IMG/VR virus record: IMGVR_UViG_3300033802_000463
Coordinates: 1 to 64,000 of that record
DNA from: a virus
Direction: 5' to 3' (one strand)
DNA: 64,000 nucleotides
Made by a program: the position numbers and the translations under genes. Under the pieces are notes generated by a model. The model had not been told where the DNA came from, ran no database searches, and worked only from the letters and a program-made list of their open reading frames with translations. Each line of letters opens with the position of its first letter. Within the stretch, counting starts at the first letter, position 1. Of this stretch, positions 1 to 8,939 are shown piece after piece.

Positions 1-60
1 ATTTTGCAAAAAAATTGGCAACTTTTTATGACGAAAATGCCTTGTCACAACGTGAATCTC

Positions 61-339
61 TCAGATTTTGGCTAGGCTACATTCCGAATTCATGTTAAAG
101 GATCTGGCCAGATGATAGATCTCCATGATTTCATCCATTGTGTATTCTTGGAGCAATTCGGGATAGTAATATCCATTTTCAACCATCCATCGGATTCTTT
201 CCTCCGGCGAGGAAAAGTATTTCATTTTGGCATTAACTTCTTCTTGATACTCCTTGATGGCTATTTTGTCATATTCCAGTTGATAGAAGCCATCTTGATC
301 TTTTTGCAGGATCATGTTGTTGGATTCAATGTAACCCAA
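61..339 (-). pseudogene. nrdE: N-terminal fragment of class Ib ribonucleotide reductase alpha subunit; ends after 92 aa (truncated or interrupted)
   Basis: Overlaps the nrdI stop. LEYDKIAIKEY...F.SPEERIRWMVENGYY resembles the NrdE N-terminal domain. Full NrdE is about 700 aa. Confidence 0.75.
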
Positions 340-682
340 GGTTTTTCATCCTTTCTAAAAAGTATTCTATGTCACTTGGGCCACCTGCCAGCTCAAATTT
401 ATGAAGAATAGGAACGTGAAATCGAGAAGAAATAAGATCAGCCGCATGAGCAAATTTGGGCCAGTTTCGATTACCGCTTGCCGCTACACCACGGAGATTC
501 GTATGATGGCGAGCTAAAAAGCGCATGACTTCTTCTGGAACCTCTCCATTCCCGCATGTATATGTGACCAAAACAAATGGCTCTTCGACGCTTAAATCTG
601 GCACAATCCGTTGGATCGGCAGCCCAAGTTTGCGCACAAACCTGTCCACTTTCCCTGTGAGACTGCTGTAGACAATAAGCAT
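326..682 (-). CDS. nrdI: NrdI flavodoxin (class Ib RNR assembly)
   Basis: VYSSLTGKV, LVTYTCGNGEVP, GVAASGNRNW and KFELAG motifs; lies directly upstream of nrdE. Confidence 0.95.
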   Translation of the reverse strand: MLIVYSSLTGKVDRFVRKLGLPIQRIVPDLSVEEPFVLVTYTCGNGEVPEEVMRFLARHHTNLRGVAASGNRNWPKFAHAADLISSRFHVPILHKFELAGGPSDIEYFLERMKNLGLH

Positions 683-751
683 TCCACACCTCTTTGTAAT
701 GCAATACTTTTTTGTTTATCGCATTTTATTGTAACTGAAAATAAAAAGAAG

Positions 752-799
752 TTGCAATATCTTGACAAAAAAATAATACCCAAACACAAGATGTTGGGG
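752..799. promoter_or_regulatory. Tandem NrdR-box-like sites upstream of nrdI-nrdE
   Basis: Cores CAATATCTTG (755-764) and CAAGATGTTG (787-796), 32 bp apart, resemble the acaCwAtATaTwGtgt consensus. Confidence 0.6.
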
Positions 800-813
800 C
801 TTGTGCCATGATA

Positions 814-1125
814 TTACTCAACAATATAATAATCCGTTGCAAGAATATCAGTTTGACTAGCAAGCCATGGGACAAAACAATCGTCGGCAGTTTTCATGCC
901 AATCCACGGAAGAACTGAATGACTGCCGGAGCGAACTGCATCAACCGTATAATTGCGCTCGCTAACATAACGAAGCCACATATTTTTGCCGTTCCATCCT
1001 TTTCGAGCGATTTTGTGTCCTTCTTTCAAAAGCGCAACGGCAAGGCCAATGTCAAATTCGGCTTCCATTTCAATCATTTCTTCGACGGTTACACCTTTCA
1101 GATTCATGATTTCTTCTTTTTTCAT
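814..1125 (-). CDS. DUF2829 / Tad2-like protein (candidate anti-Thoeris signalling-nucleotide sponge)
   Basis: A..LKEGHKIARKGWNGKNMWL...PWIGMKTADDCFVPWLASQTDILATDY is the DUF2829 signature. Confidence 0.8.
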   Translation of the reverse strand: MKKEEIMNLKGVTVEEMIEMEAEFDIGLAVALLKEGHKIARKGWNGKNMWLRYVSERNYTVDAVRSGSHSVLPWIGMKTADDCFVPWLASQTDILATDYYIVE

Positions 1126-1137
1126 GATAGTATCCTC

Positions 1138-1629
1138 CTAGATTTCGACGGTAATAAAATCAAAACGAGCAACTCGATTGGCAAGTGCGACAAGGAAGTT
1201 CGGTGTTCCAGGCTTCGGCTCCAACGTTTTGGATGGAGACTCGTCCCACTCATGGCTTTCGATCATCGCAAACAGCCCATCCATCACCGGTGCCGGCAGG
1301 TCATTTTGCATTCCCGCTTGCTTGACGAAATCGATCGCCACAAGCGGGTGCAAATATTTCAATTTATCTTCCAAGCTGTTTACGCAAATATCCTGGAGAA
1401 GCACACTGGCCAACATAATGTCGCGCAGCATTCCTTTTGTATGGTCCTTTTCAAGGAACGCGGCCAGGATTTTGAATGTCTTTTTGACATGCATGACGGT
1501 TTCGTCGTTGCTATGGAATGTTTCGCTTGTCTCGGACAACACATTTTGTGTAAAGGTCCGAACGTCCGGGCTTTCAATCTGCTCCAATTCATTGCGAAAT
1601 ACAAGTACGGCCGGATGAATATTGCTCAT
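1138..1629 (-). CDS. HD-domain-like protein, degenerate (LLQD in place of LLHD)
   Basis: H...ASVLLQDI...HPL...IESH pattern; RBS GGAGAGG before ATG 1629. Confidence 0.45.
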   Translation of the reverse strand: MSNIHPAVLVFRNELEQIESPDVRTFTQNVLSETSETFHSNDETVMHVKKTFKILAAFLEKDHTKGMLRDIMLASVLLQDICVNSLEDKLKYLHPLVAIDFVKQAGMQNDLPAPVMDGLFAMIESHEWDESPSKTLEPKPGTPNFLVALANRVARFDFITVEI

Positions 1630-1631
1630 GT

Positions 1632-1862
1632 TTACCCTCTCCCCTGTGATCGATAACATTTGATATGTGCGTTATTTTGAATCTCCCAGTCGCTATACCA
1701 GTGTCCAGTCATATTATCTTTTGTGCTGTTCTCACCGGGCTGCTTAATATCGCGCCCGCAGTAACGGCACCAGCAGGGTTCATCCAGCTGGCGCTGAGCC
1801 TGCGAATACATAATGCGGGTGAAATCCGTCAGCCCTCCGAATCCGGTGTTCTTCTTGGCCAT
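1632..1862 (-). CDS. Small hypothetical protein with CxCxxC...HxxC (possible zinc binding)
   Basis: ORF packed between neighbours, 76 aa. Confidence 0.6.
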   Translation of the reverse strand: MAKKNTGFGGLTDFTRIMYSQAQRQLDEPCWCRYCGRDIKQPGENSTKDNMTGHWYSDWEIQNNAHIKCYRSQGRG

Positions 1863-1868
1863 ATCCGT

Positions 1869-2498
1869 TTACAGATCCTCCATATAGATGCATTGGATTC
1901 CTTCTTCTGTGCGGCCGATATCTTTCAATTTGCGCTTTCCTTGGCTTTTCTCATTGATCAAATATTCAAATTCCTGTCCGATGTAGGGACGCATTTTTTC
2001 AAAGTCGATCATGCCTTTTTCGTCATCAAACAAAACAACTTCTCCGCCGGGAAGAACAATTTTTTGAATAAAGCCGCTTCCGTTTTCCAGCTGTCTGTAG
2101 AACACACGGAAGCGGGTCCCATCCAGGTCAATGCGTTCACGCTTCACCATCATATTCAATACTTGTTCGGTATGCAGCTGTGTATTGCAAAGCAGTTTTT
2201 CTTGAGCCAATATACATTGGCGGCAAGCCATGTGCGAAGAATCATAATTTCGGCATTTGTAACAAAGGGGGCATTCTTGGAAAGCAGAACACTGATGGAC
2301 GACTTTATGACGCGGAAGATTCAGCATGTCTTCTTTGCCGATCACTGTTCTTTTATTCATTTTGATGGTTTCGCTGCGCATCTGTTCAGCCAGATAACGC
2401 TCGCGAATCTCGGCGCGCTCTGCTTTTGTCAGGCCGCCCCCGTTGTAGATTTTCTGATATTTCTGCATCCAAAACTGATCGGCTTCACTCATGCTCAT
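1869..2498 (-). CDS. Hypothetical protein with a Cys-rich cluster
   Basis: HQC..FQECPLCYKC...ACRQC; ATGA overlap with the upstream gene. Confidence 0.7.
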   Translation of the reverse strand: MSMSEADQFWMQKYQKIYNGGGLTKAERAEIRERYLAEQMRSETIKMNKRTVIGKEDMLNLPRHKVVHQCSAFQECPLCYKCRNYDSSHMACRQCILAQEKLLCNTQLHTEQVLNMMVKRERIDLDGTRFRVFYRQLENGSGFIQKIVLPGGEVVLFDDEKGMIDFEKMRPYIGQEFEYLINEKSQGKRKLKDIGRTEEGIQCIYMEDL

Positions 2499-2875
2499 TC
2501 CGCATCTTCCCCCTGTGTTTCTTCTGCAAGCTCGATGCCAAGCATAAGGCAATCGTTCAATGTGAGATACACTTTCTGGTCGGAGACTTTTGTATCCTTT
2601 TCGATCGCTGCTTCAGCCTCCTCCAACTTTTTGGCGAGCCATTCATTTTGATTCTGAATCTCCATGATTTTCTTCTGGAGATCCAAACTGCGAGCTGGCC
2701 GTTCATCTTCAACCGGATTGCTTTCCGTTGCTCGGCGCGGCGGATTGTAACGCATATCGGCCTGAAGATCGGCGTATTCCCGCTCCACTTCTTTCAATTG
2801 CATTTTGTTGTCATTGATCTTTGCTTCGATAATTTCCTGCAGCTCCGTAACGGTCTTATAGATTCCAATCAACAT
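2495..2875 (-). CDS. Coiled-coil hypothetical protein
   Basis: Heptad-rich 126-aa ORF with RBS GGAGAG. Confidence 0.7.
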   Translation of the reverse strand: MLIGIYKTVTELQEIIEAKINDNKMQLKEVEREYADLQADMRYNPPRRATESNPVEDERPARSLDLQKKIMEIQNQNEWLAKKLEEAEAAIEKDTKVSDQKVYLTLNDCLMLGIELAEETQGEDAE

Positions 2876-2890
2876 TCGTATGTCTCTCCC

Positions 2891-3847
2891 TTATTTGAAA
2901 TATTTCACAATGAGGTTATCCAAGCGCACTTCGATATTCTCATTGGTTGAAAGCTTAAATTCATCGATAGGTTTGATCGGGCTGTATGAGGAATACAGTG
3001 TTTTCCCGGCATATGCGAATTTCAAAATACTGATGCCGTCACCTTCGATCAGCATTTTGGAAGGCTCCAGGAATGTATTTTGGGCATAAAAATCGTCAGG
3101 TGCGATTTGTTTATCTAATGAAACCAATACCGCACCGTCAATCGGATCGGCGCCTTTTGGAACATATTTCAAATGTCCCTTCATCAGGGTAACAGTTCCT
3201 ACATTATCAATATCAATTTGGAATATGTCATTCGTGTTGGCCGGCAAGGCTATCGGCGCAATATTCATTTGAATTGAAAACGCCGTGCTGTCTTCCACAT
3301 TGATGGACTGCTTGAAATCTTTTAATGTGTAAAGCTGCCAATCGCTGTCATATACACCTGATTCGGTACTGAATCCTTTTGGCCATTCAGATGTGGTGAA
3401 ATAGGCTTCCAATATTGTTTGCTCCAGAACTGGTGGAACATAGTTCGCTTCCAGAATTGCCAAGTTGTTGGCCCGAAGGTCTGCTTCAAATCCGCTGTTG
3501 ATATTGATGATATCAAGACCGATTGGATTCTGTGCCGTTGTCTTCGTAATCAAGCCAACCACGATGGATTCATCTGGCCGGCGATTGTTCTTGATTTCAA
3601 AAATCCATTTGTTTTGTTCTGCGACCCGAATACGGCTTGTATCCACCGTTTGATCGTCGGGATTCAGGTAGAAGGTGCCGATTTTGGTCTGTTTCCCAAC
3701 TTCCACATTATCGATGATTTCCGTGACGTTTGCGCCCAGAAGAACAATGGCTTGATTGTTGGCTGTGTCACGCGTATAGTTGAGAACCCTCAGCGCAAAT
3801 TCCAAGCGATGGGTTTTTTCGGGATCAAAGAAATATGAGTACAGCAT
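2891..3847 (-). CDS. Hypothetical protein (beta-rich, 318 aa)
   Basis: Long ORF in the operon with RBS GGAGG. Confidence 0.75.
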   Translation of the reverse strand: MLYSYFFDPEKTHRLEFALRVLNYTRDTANNQAIVLLGANVTEIIDNVEVGKQTKIGTFYLNPDDQTVDTSRIRVAEQNKWIFEIKNNRRPDESIVVGLITKTTAQNPIGLDIININSGFEADLRANNLAILEANYVPPVLEQTILEAYFTTSEWPKGFSTESGVYDSDWQLYTLKDFKQSINVEDSTAFSIQMNIAPIALPANTNDIFQIDIDNVGTVTLMKGHLKYVPKGADPIDGAVLVSLDKQIAPDDFYAQNTFLEPSKMLIEGDGISILKFAYAGKTLYSSYSPIKPIDEFKLSTNENIEVRLDNLIVKYFK

Positions 3848-3850
3848 GGC

Positions 3851-4387
3851 TTAACCCTCCTTTTTGATCAATGTCAGCTGCGAGCTGTCATTCCAGCTTT
3901 GCCGGCTGGTGGCAATCGCAATTTCAACGCTGCCATTTTCGCCAAAGTGAAGAACGGATGGATCATTCTTATCAACCTTCACATTGTCGCGCAGCGCAAA
4001 GATGTGCGCGATAAAATTGCCGATAGACATTTCAATATCTGCCAACTCTTTCAGATGAGCCTGCAGGTCATCAATTGTATCAACATGCTTAGATTCGAGC
4101 TCGGCGATCTTTCTTTCCAGGAAATCCAAATGTTCTTTGTTGGCTTCAAACCGTTTGGCCACCTGAACAATCTGCGGATGATCGGCATCGCCGTACTTAT
4201 CAATCATTGATTGCATCAGTTCATTTTCATCAATGTTCTGTTCGCGCAAGTTGTCATGGTTTTTTCGGTATTGTTCAATGAGCATTTCGATGCGTAGCTT
4301 GCTGTTTGTGAGCCGTTGGACAAAATCGCGCAGATAGGTTTGCAGCTCCAGCGGTGTTGCCGCTTGAATTTGAAATGATTGATTCAT
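3851..4387 (-). CDS. Coiled-coil hypothetical protein
   Basis: ORF directly downstream of the helicase; start chosen from RBS. Confidence 0.7.
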   Translation of the reverse strand: MNQSFQIQAATPLELQTYLRDFVQRLTNSKLRIEMLIEQYRKNHDNLREQNIDENELMQSMIDKYGDADHPQIVQVAKRFEANKEHLDFLERKIAELESKHVDTIDDLQAHLKELADIEMSIGNFIAHIFALRDNVKVDKNDPSVLHFGENGSVEIAIATSRQSWNDSSQLTLIKKEG

Positions 4388-4399
4388 GGTAAGCACCCC

Positions 4400-5491
4400 T
4401 TATCCTTGGTAAATAAGTGAAGAATATCGCCGGCAAGCTTCAGGCGTCGCTTCCGTGTTGAATGAGAAATCCGGGATGAACTCATAAAACTTGGTCCCTT
4501 TGAACGATGAGTGTTTATTCTTCCCGAATTTTGCTTCAATCACGGGCATCTTTTGATCGCTGTCTTCTTGCAGCCAATACACTTGTGCATTTTCTTCTTT
4601 TACGCCGACTTCGTTATACATGAGCACAATCAAAGTGGCCTCATATTGCAATGTGATGGTGTCTTTAAGGTCATCGACGGTCGGCCGGCGCCCGTTGGTT
4701 TTACGCAGATGCGCCGTACACATGACCACGGCATTGTATTGCGTGGACCAGTTTTTGATCGTCTTCGCAACGTGTTCGTTCTTTGCATCATTATTGGTGA
4801 AGTTCATGCTCTCAACAGTGATGTCGTTGAAGGAGTCGATAGCGATCACGATCTTTGTGCCCTCGGGTTTGGTCATGAGAATCATCTTGATGTGCTCTTC
4901 CAGGCCTTCCAGTGAAGTCGTGTAATTGGAATCAAACATGCCAAAGCGGTCCATGCGGCGATACAAGTTTTTCATGCCTTCGTTGCGTTTCTCCATGATT
5001 TGGGGATCTCCCATAAAACGCTCCGGCATCTTGGCCTGTGCGATCGTGATCTGCTGATCACAGGCAATATACCGCGGCATGAGCTCGTTATTGGAGTCAT
5101 CGAGCGAATGATAGGACACATAAACGTCGTCATTCAATTCGGAAATGTCTTTACTCAATTGCAACATGAATGCAGATTTTCCGACATTCGGTGCCGCGGC
5201 AAACAAAATCAAACCTGGCTGCACGCCTCCTTCCAGTACTTCATCGAATTGCTCAAACCGGCTTCGCAGCCCTCCGCGAGCCCCCCGGCTCCACGAATAG
5301 GCATCCATGCTTTGGATGTTTTGCAACATTTGCTGTTCCAGTGGAGACAGTGGTCGGCCAAAAATTGCTTCCGGATTAACAACCTTTAGTTTATATGGGT
5401 TTTCTTCTTCCGAACCGAATACACCGGCGTCGGACCGCATTTGATTTTCAACTTGTCGCATGATTTCAGCAAAATTCAGTGATTCGGACAA
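4400..5491 (-). CDS. DnaB-like (SF4) replicative helicase, mostly the ATPase domain
   Basis: Walker A AAPNVGKS, Walker B IAIDS, AHLRK, RPTVDDLKD, KNK arginine-finger region. Confidence 0.9.
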   Translation of the reverse strand: MSESLNFAEIMRQVENQMRSDAGVFGSEEENPYKLKVVNPEAIFGRPLSPLEQQMLQNIQSMDAYSWSRGARGGLRSRFEQFDEVLEGGVQPGLILFAAAPNVGKSAFMLQLSKDISELNDDVYVSYHSLDDSNNELMPRYIACDQQITIAQAKMPERFMGDPQIMEKRNEGMKNLYRRMDRFGMFDSNYTTSLEGLEEHIKMILMTKPEGTKIVIAIDSFNDITVESMNFTNNDAKNEHVAKTIKNWSTQYNAVVMCTAHLRKTNGRRPTVDDLKDTITLQYEATLIVLMYNEVGVKEENAQVYWLQEDSDQKMPVIEAKFGKNKHSSFKGTKFYEFIPDFSFNTEATPEACRRYSSLIYQG

Positions 5492-5493
5492 GC

Positions 5494-6591
5494 CTATCTC
5501 CTCCTTCCTATAGTTGGCTTAGGAGCGGATTTGCGAAACAATGGACAGGTTTCACCTTCACATACACCGCTTAACCGATGGAAGGTTTCGCATCCGTAAC
5601 GATATTGTCCGTCGTAAACAGAGTTAACGATAGTTTCAATATCATGATTTGGCAGCGGCGGCAAGCAGTTTTCTTCGCCCCATTGAATCATTCGCGCAAG
5701 GGCTTCTTCTCGTGAAGTTCCTTTCTGCAGTAAGAAACTGGTCAGCGCAGTTCCCGAGTTATTGCGCTCGTCAATTGTCTCGCGAAAAGTTTTTTCAAAC
5801 ATGGTAGCGATACAAGCCGGCAGCTTTTCCAGTTTCATAAGTTTTCCGGTAAATTCTTTGCGGCGATTTGCTGCTTGCGACCATTTCTCGATATATTTCT
5901 CCAAAGCAAGCTTCGCTTTTGGGCTTGTGACCCGGGTTGGTTGCGGCAACACCCGAGGGAATACAGCCAGATCCCGGATTTCTGCCAGCGACAGCTTGCA
6001 CAATTCTTCGTAGGTAATTGGAATCTTGTAGCGTTGACCTTTGTAATTCCAGGAATTGACCATACGGAACATTCGCTTGTCGTCGTAAATCTTGGTGTCC
6101 ATCGTTTTGAACAGCGTAAATTTAGCAATGTCCGTTGCAATTTCCTTGTAGATTTTGTTCAAGGCAACATGAGGTGTCAGGCCAAGCACTTGGGCATCCA
6201 CGGTCAGATGGATGCCTTTGTAGCCGGAAAAGTAGATGTTGATCTGACTTGGATCAATGGAAAGGATGATTTTGAGGTAGCGAATGGCCGTCTGTACATC
6301 AGACCGGATTTTATCGAAGTCGGCATCCGATTCCAGCGGATAGTCAAAGTCCAAATAAAAGTCCCCGTATTTCAGCGAATCACTTGCATTGATGATCCAT
6401 CTTCCCTTGGAGTTTTGCATCCAGATGGGATTAATGTAGCGCATGACGGTTTCGTACACGCCGCAGTTATTGTATTTGGCACGAAATTGATCCGCGCAAT
6501 AAACCGGCATGAAGTGCTTGCGTGTAAATTGAAACTTTGGGTCTTTGTTCCAAGGCAAATCGGCGCCGCATTCGATAAACCATTGATCCAT
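5494..6591 (-). CDS. Archaeo-eukaryotic-type primase with PriCT-like C-terminal domain
   Basis: YLDFD motif I, FSGYKGIH motif II, DTKIYD..RMFR motif III, C-terminal ERNN...PPL...EIETIVNSV. Confidence 0.88.
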   Translation of the reverse strand: MDQWFIECGADLPWNKDPKFQFTRKHFMPVYCADQFRAKYNNCGVYETVMRYINPIWMQNSKGRWIINASDSLKYGDFYLDFDYPLESDADFDKIRSDVQTAIRYLKIILSIDPSQINIYFSGYKGIHLTVDAQVLGLTPHVALNKIYKEIATDIAKFTLFKTMDTKIYDDKRMFRMVNSWNYKGQRYKIPITYEELCKLSLAEIRDLAVFPRVLPQPTRVTSPKAKLALEKYIEKWSQAANRRKEFTGKLMKLEKLPACIATMFEKTFRETIDERNNSGTALTSFLLQKGTSREEALARMIQWGEENCLPPLPNHDIETIVNSVYDGQYRYGCETFHRLSGVCEGETCPLFRKSAPKPTIGRRR

Positions 6592-6594
6592 CCC

Positions 6595-7275
6595 CTACCC
6601 CTCCTTCCGCACAATCTTGTTGATACCTTCCTGAATGTGGACGTTCTTTTTCCCTTCAATGTACCGTCGCGCCTCGTCCATATAGCGATCCAAATCAAGA
6701 GCATTGCGCAGCGGCGGCACTTGCAATTCATTGCGAATGGTGCGAGATACATCAATCGCAAACAGGATTTCATCAAGCGTATAAATCCCAAGCAAATACT
6801 TGAAACGCCCTTCATCCTGGCGCCGCATCGCTTCGGTTGCCCGGATGTCGTGAACCTTGTGCCAGTAATCGATCAGATCGTCCAGCGTGAATCGCTTTTT
6901 CATTTCAAGATAAAAGCTTTCTTTGCTCCGGATAACTTTGCCGCCTTCAATTCTGATGCGAACCGGAGGCGGCACTTCGCGCAAGATATTGTGATAATAG
7001 AACACATCGGGTTCAATCAGGTTGTTCGGTGGCTTTTTGTTGCCGATGATTTCTTCCAGATGATAAACCCGCTTCACGAGCTCCGGATGCATGCGGGCAA
7101 ATTCGCCGATCTCATGCTGCAAATCGAAAATGGTCCAACCTGCTTGCAACGCTTTTTGAATCGCAGCATTCGACCGCTGAATGCGTGCGGCGATGGCTTC
7201 ATCAGTTCCCACCGCCTGCACGACTTCAAGCACGAACCAACGGGACAGCTGAACAATTTGCTCATCCATAGGCAT
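6595..7275 (-). CDS. Hypothetical protein in the replication module
   Basis: 226-aa ORF tightly packed between the annealing protein and the primase. Confidence 0.75.
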   Translation of the reverse strand: MPMDEQIVQLSRWFVLEVVQAVGTDEAIAARIQRSNAAIQKALQAGWTIFDLQHEIGEFARMHPELVKRVYHLEEIIGNKKPPNNLIEPDVFYYHNILREVPPPVRIRIEGGKVIRSKESFYLEMKKRFTLDDLIDYWHKVHDIRATEAMRRQDEGRFKYLLGIYTLDEILFAIDVSRTIRNELQVPPLRNALDLDRYMDEARRYIEGKKNVHIQEGINKIVRKEG

Positions 7276-7281
7276 CCACCA

Positions 7282-8493
7282 TTACGCCGTAAACTTCTCA
7301 AGATAATCATTGAAGCTCTTGAGGTTTTCCGGAGTGAGATCTTTCAGCGTGGCATCTTCTTTCTTCAAAAAGTCTCGGATGTACGGATTGAGCTGTTCGT
7401 CAGTTGTCAGCTTCAAGCGCTGACGATGCTGATGCGTTCGCATGATTTCGTTTTGATCCCACTGTGGCGGAATTGCACTCGGTCCCTGATCTTGGGAAGA
7501 CGCCTGTTGAGTCTGTGCCGTTTGCTGTGCTTGCGCCGGCACACCATATTGCGTAACTTGAGGCTGAGCAGAATAACCGTTAGGCTGTACATCGCCTTGC
7601 GGTTTTGCAGTGCCTTGCGGCTGGGCTTCATAATTTTGTCCTTGCGCTTGCGGCAAATTGCGCTGATTCCATTGATCATGCTCAGGCGTACCTTCGTTGA
7701 ACGGATTAAAAGGAAACTGATCCGGATGTATGTCGAAGTTTCCGTTTGCTTGCTGGTTTACTTCATAGGCCCAGGATTGCTGCGAAGGTTGTCCTCCCCA
7801 ACCCTGCTGCTGTTGGCTAGGAAAGGCCACGACGTTTCCCAGATTCGGTCCACCATATCCCGTTTGATCCCATGCGCCCTGCGGTTGCCCCCAGCCTTGC
7901 TGTGGACCTCCCCATCCCTGCTGATAACCTTGTTGATATCCTTGCTGCGGATATCCTTGCGGGTAACCATTCGGCTGTTGGATGTAATAGTTGGGATCCA
8001 TCTGCATTTGCTGGTATTGCAGATCGTCATCCATGTCCACTTTGATCTTGGAGTAAATTTCTTCTCCGACACCAAAGAGGGATGCGCATTTAACCAGACA
8101 GTTCGAAGCCGCCGCCTTGTACGCAGAATCTTGATTGTCTCTGCCGCCGATCGCAATTTTGCAGCCGTATTGTTCGCGGTAGCCAAGGCCAGGGATAAAC
8201 AGATAACCTTTTACATGATACACATACCCGTCGAACATCCAGTTGGCTGTGTTTTTCTCGTTCTTGTAGATTTCTTCCCGCCATTGAGCCAGCAATCCGA
8301 AGTCCCAATATGTAATTCCATCGACAGCGTGATCCAGAATTTGACGTACCGTATTCACGCCCATGTATTTGCTTTCCGGCTTGTTGCGGCCGCCCGGCTT
8401 GGTTTCCAGCCATTCTTCCTTGCACGTTTTCAGCGCCTTCTTGATATCTTTGAGCTGCTCAATCGAAGGCAAGTATTTTTCGATTACTTGCAT
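7282..8493 (-). CDS. Rad52/22-family (Sak-like) single-strand annealing protein with a long Q/G/P-rich linker
   Basis: YMGVNTVRQILD...W...REQYG...SAYKAAASNCLVKCASLFGVGEEIY; RBS GGAGG. Confidence 0.8.
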   Translation of the reverse strand: MQVIEKYLPSIEQLKDIKKALKTCKEEWLETKPGGRNKPESKYMGVNTVRQILDHAVDGITYWDFGLLAQWREEIYKNEKNTANWMFDGYVYHVKGYLFIPGLGYREQYGCKIAIGGRDNQDSAYKAAASNCLVKCASLFGVGEEIYSKIKVDMDDDLQYQQMQMDPNYYIQQPNGYPQGYPQQGYQQGYQQGWGGPQQGWGQPQGAWDQTGYGGPNLGNVVAFPSQQQQGWGGQPSQQSWAYEVNQQANGNFDIHPDQFPFNPFNEGTPEHDQWNQRNLPQAQGQNYEAQPQGTAKPQGDVQPNGYSAQPQVTQYGVPAQAQQTAQTQQASSQDQGPSAIPPQWDQNEIMRTHQHRQRLKLTTDEQLNPYIRDFLKKEDATLKDLTPENLKSFNDYLEKFTA

Positions 8494-8515
8494 CCTCAAT
8501 CCCCTCCGCTTTTTT

Positions 8516-8544
8516 ATTATGCCACCTGTTTCAGTAAGTTTCAA
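8516..8544 (-). promoter_or_regulatory. SigmaA-like promoter for the replication operon
   Basis: TTGAAA-17 bp-CATAAT with an extended TG. Confidence 0.6.
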
Positions 8545-8605
8545 TGGTAATATTGTAATGCTTTACATTTTTAATATTATCATGCGGTAATGATGAAATC
8601 AAGAG

Positions 8606-8660
8606 AAAAAAAGAATAAACACAAGGAAATTCGAGATTCTTCGAGATTCCTTGTGTTTAT
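8606..8660 (-). terminator. Rho-independent terminator after the holin genes
   Basis: ATAAACACAAGGAA/TTCCTTGTGTTTAT inverted repeat followed by a T-run on the minus strand. Confidence 0.75.
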
Positions 8661-8670
8661 GTTGGTCGTA

Positions 8671-8937
8671 TTATTTATTCTTTTTGAATACTCCGGTAAG
8701 GTTGTAGAATCGGACAGCCAATTCAATCGCTCGATCGGCAATTCTGAGCACATATTCTTTAGGTACGGCGATCTCCATGACGTTGCTGATTTCATCATAA
8801 GTCATCTCAATCGCATCCAGCACGGCTTTTTTCTTTTCCTCGCCGTGGCCTTCCATTTCAAAAGCTTTGACGAGTTCCAGCACCAGCAGCAAGACACCCG
8901 ACGTAATGGTTAAGTATTGAATAACTTTATTCACCAT
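8671..8937 (-). CDS. Small membrane protein, holin-like
   Basis: N-terminal hydrophobic helix, GEEKKKAV, C-terminal GVFKK; adjacent to the holin. Confidence 0.55.
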   Translation of the reverse strand: MVNKVIQYLTITSGVLLLVLELVKAFEMEGHGEEKKKAVLDAIEMTYDEISNVMEIAVPKEYVLRIADRAIELAVRFYNLTGVFKKNK

Positions 8938-8939
8938 GA

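Noticed and set aside
695-708. TGTAA-N4-TTACA sites as CcpA cre or TnrA boxes
   Set aside because: They lack the central CG of cre and the N7 spacer of TnrA; kept as an unassigned motif.
5875-8550. 891-aa plus-strand ORF
   Set aside because: It is an antisense shadow of three minus-strand genes that share one frame, and it has no recognisable motifs.
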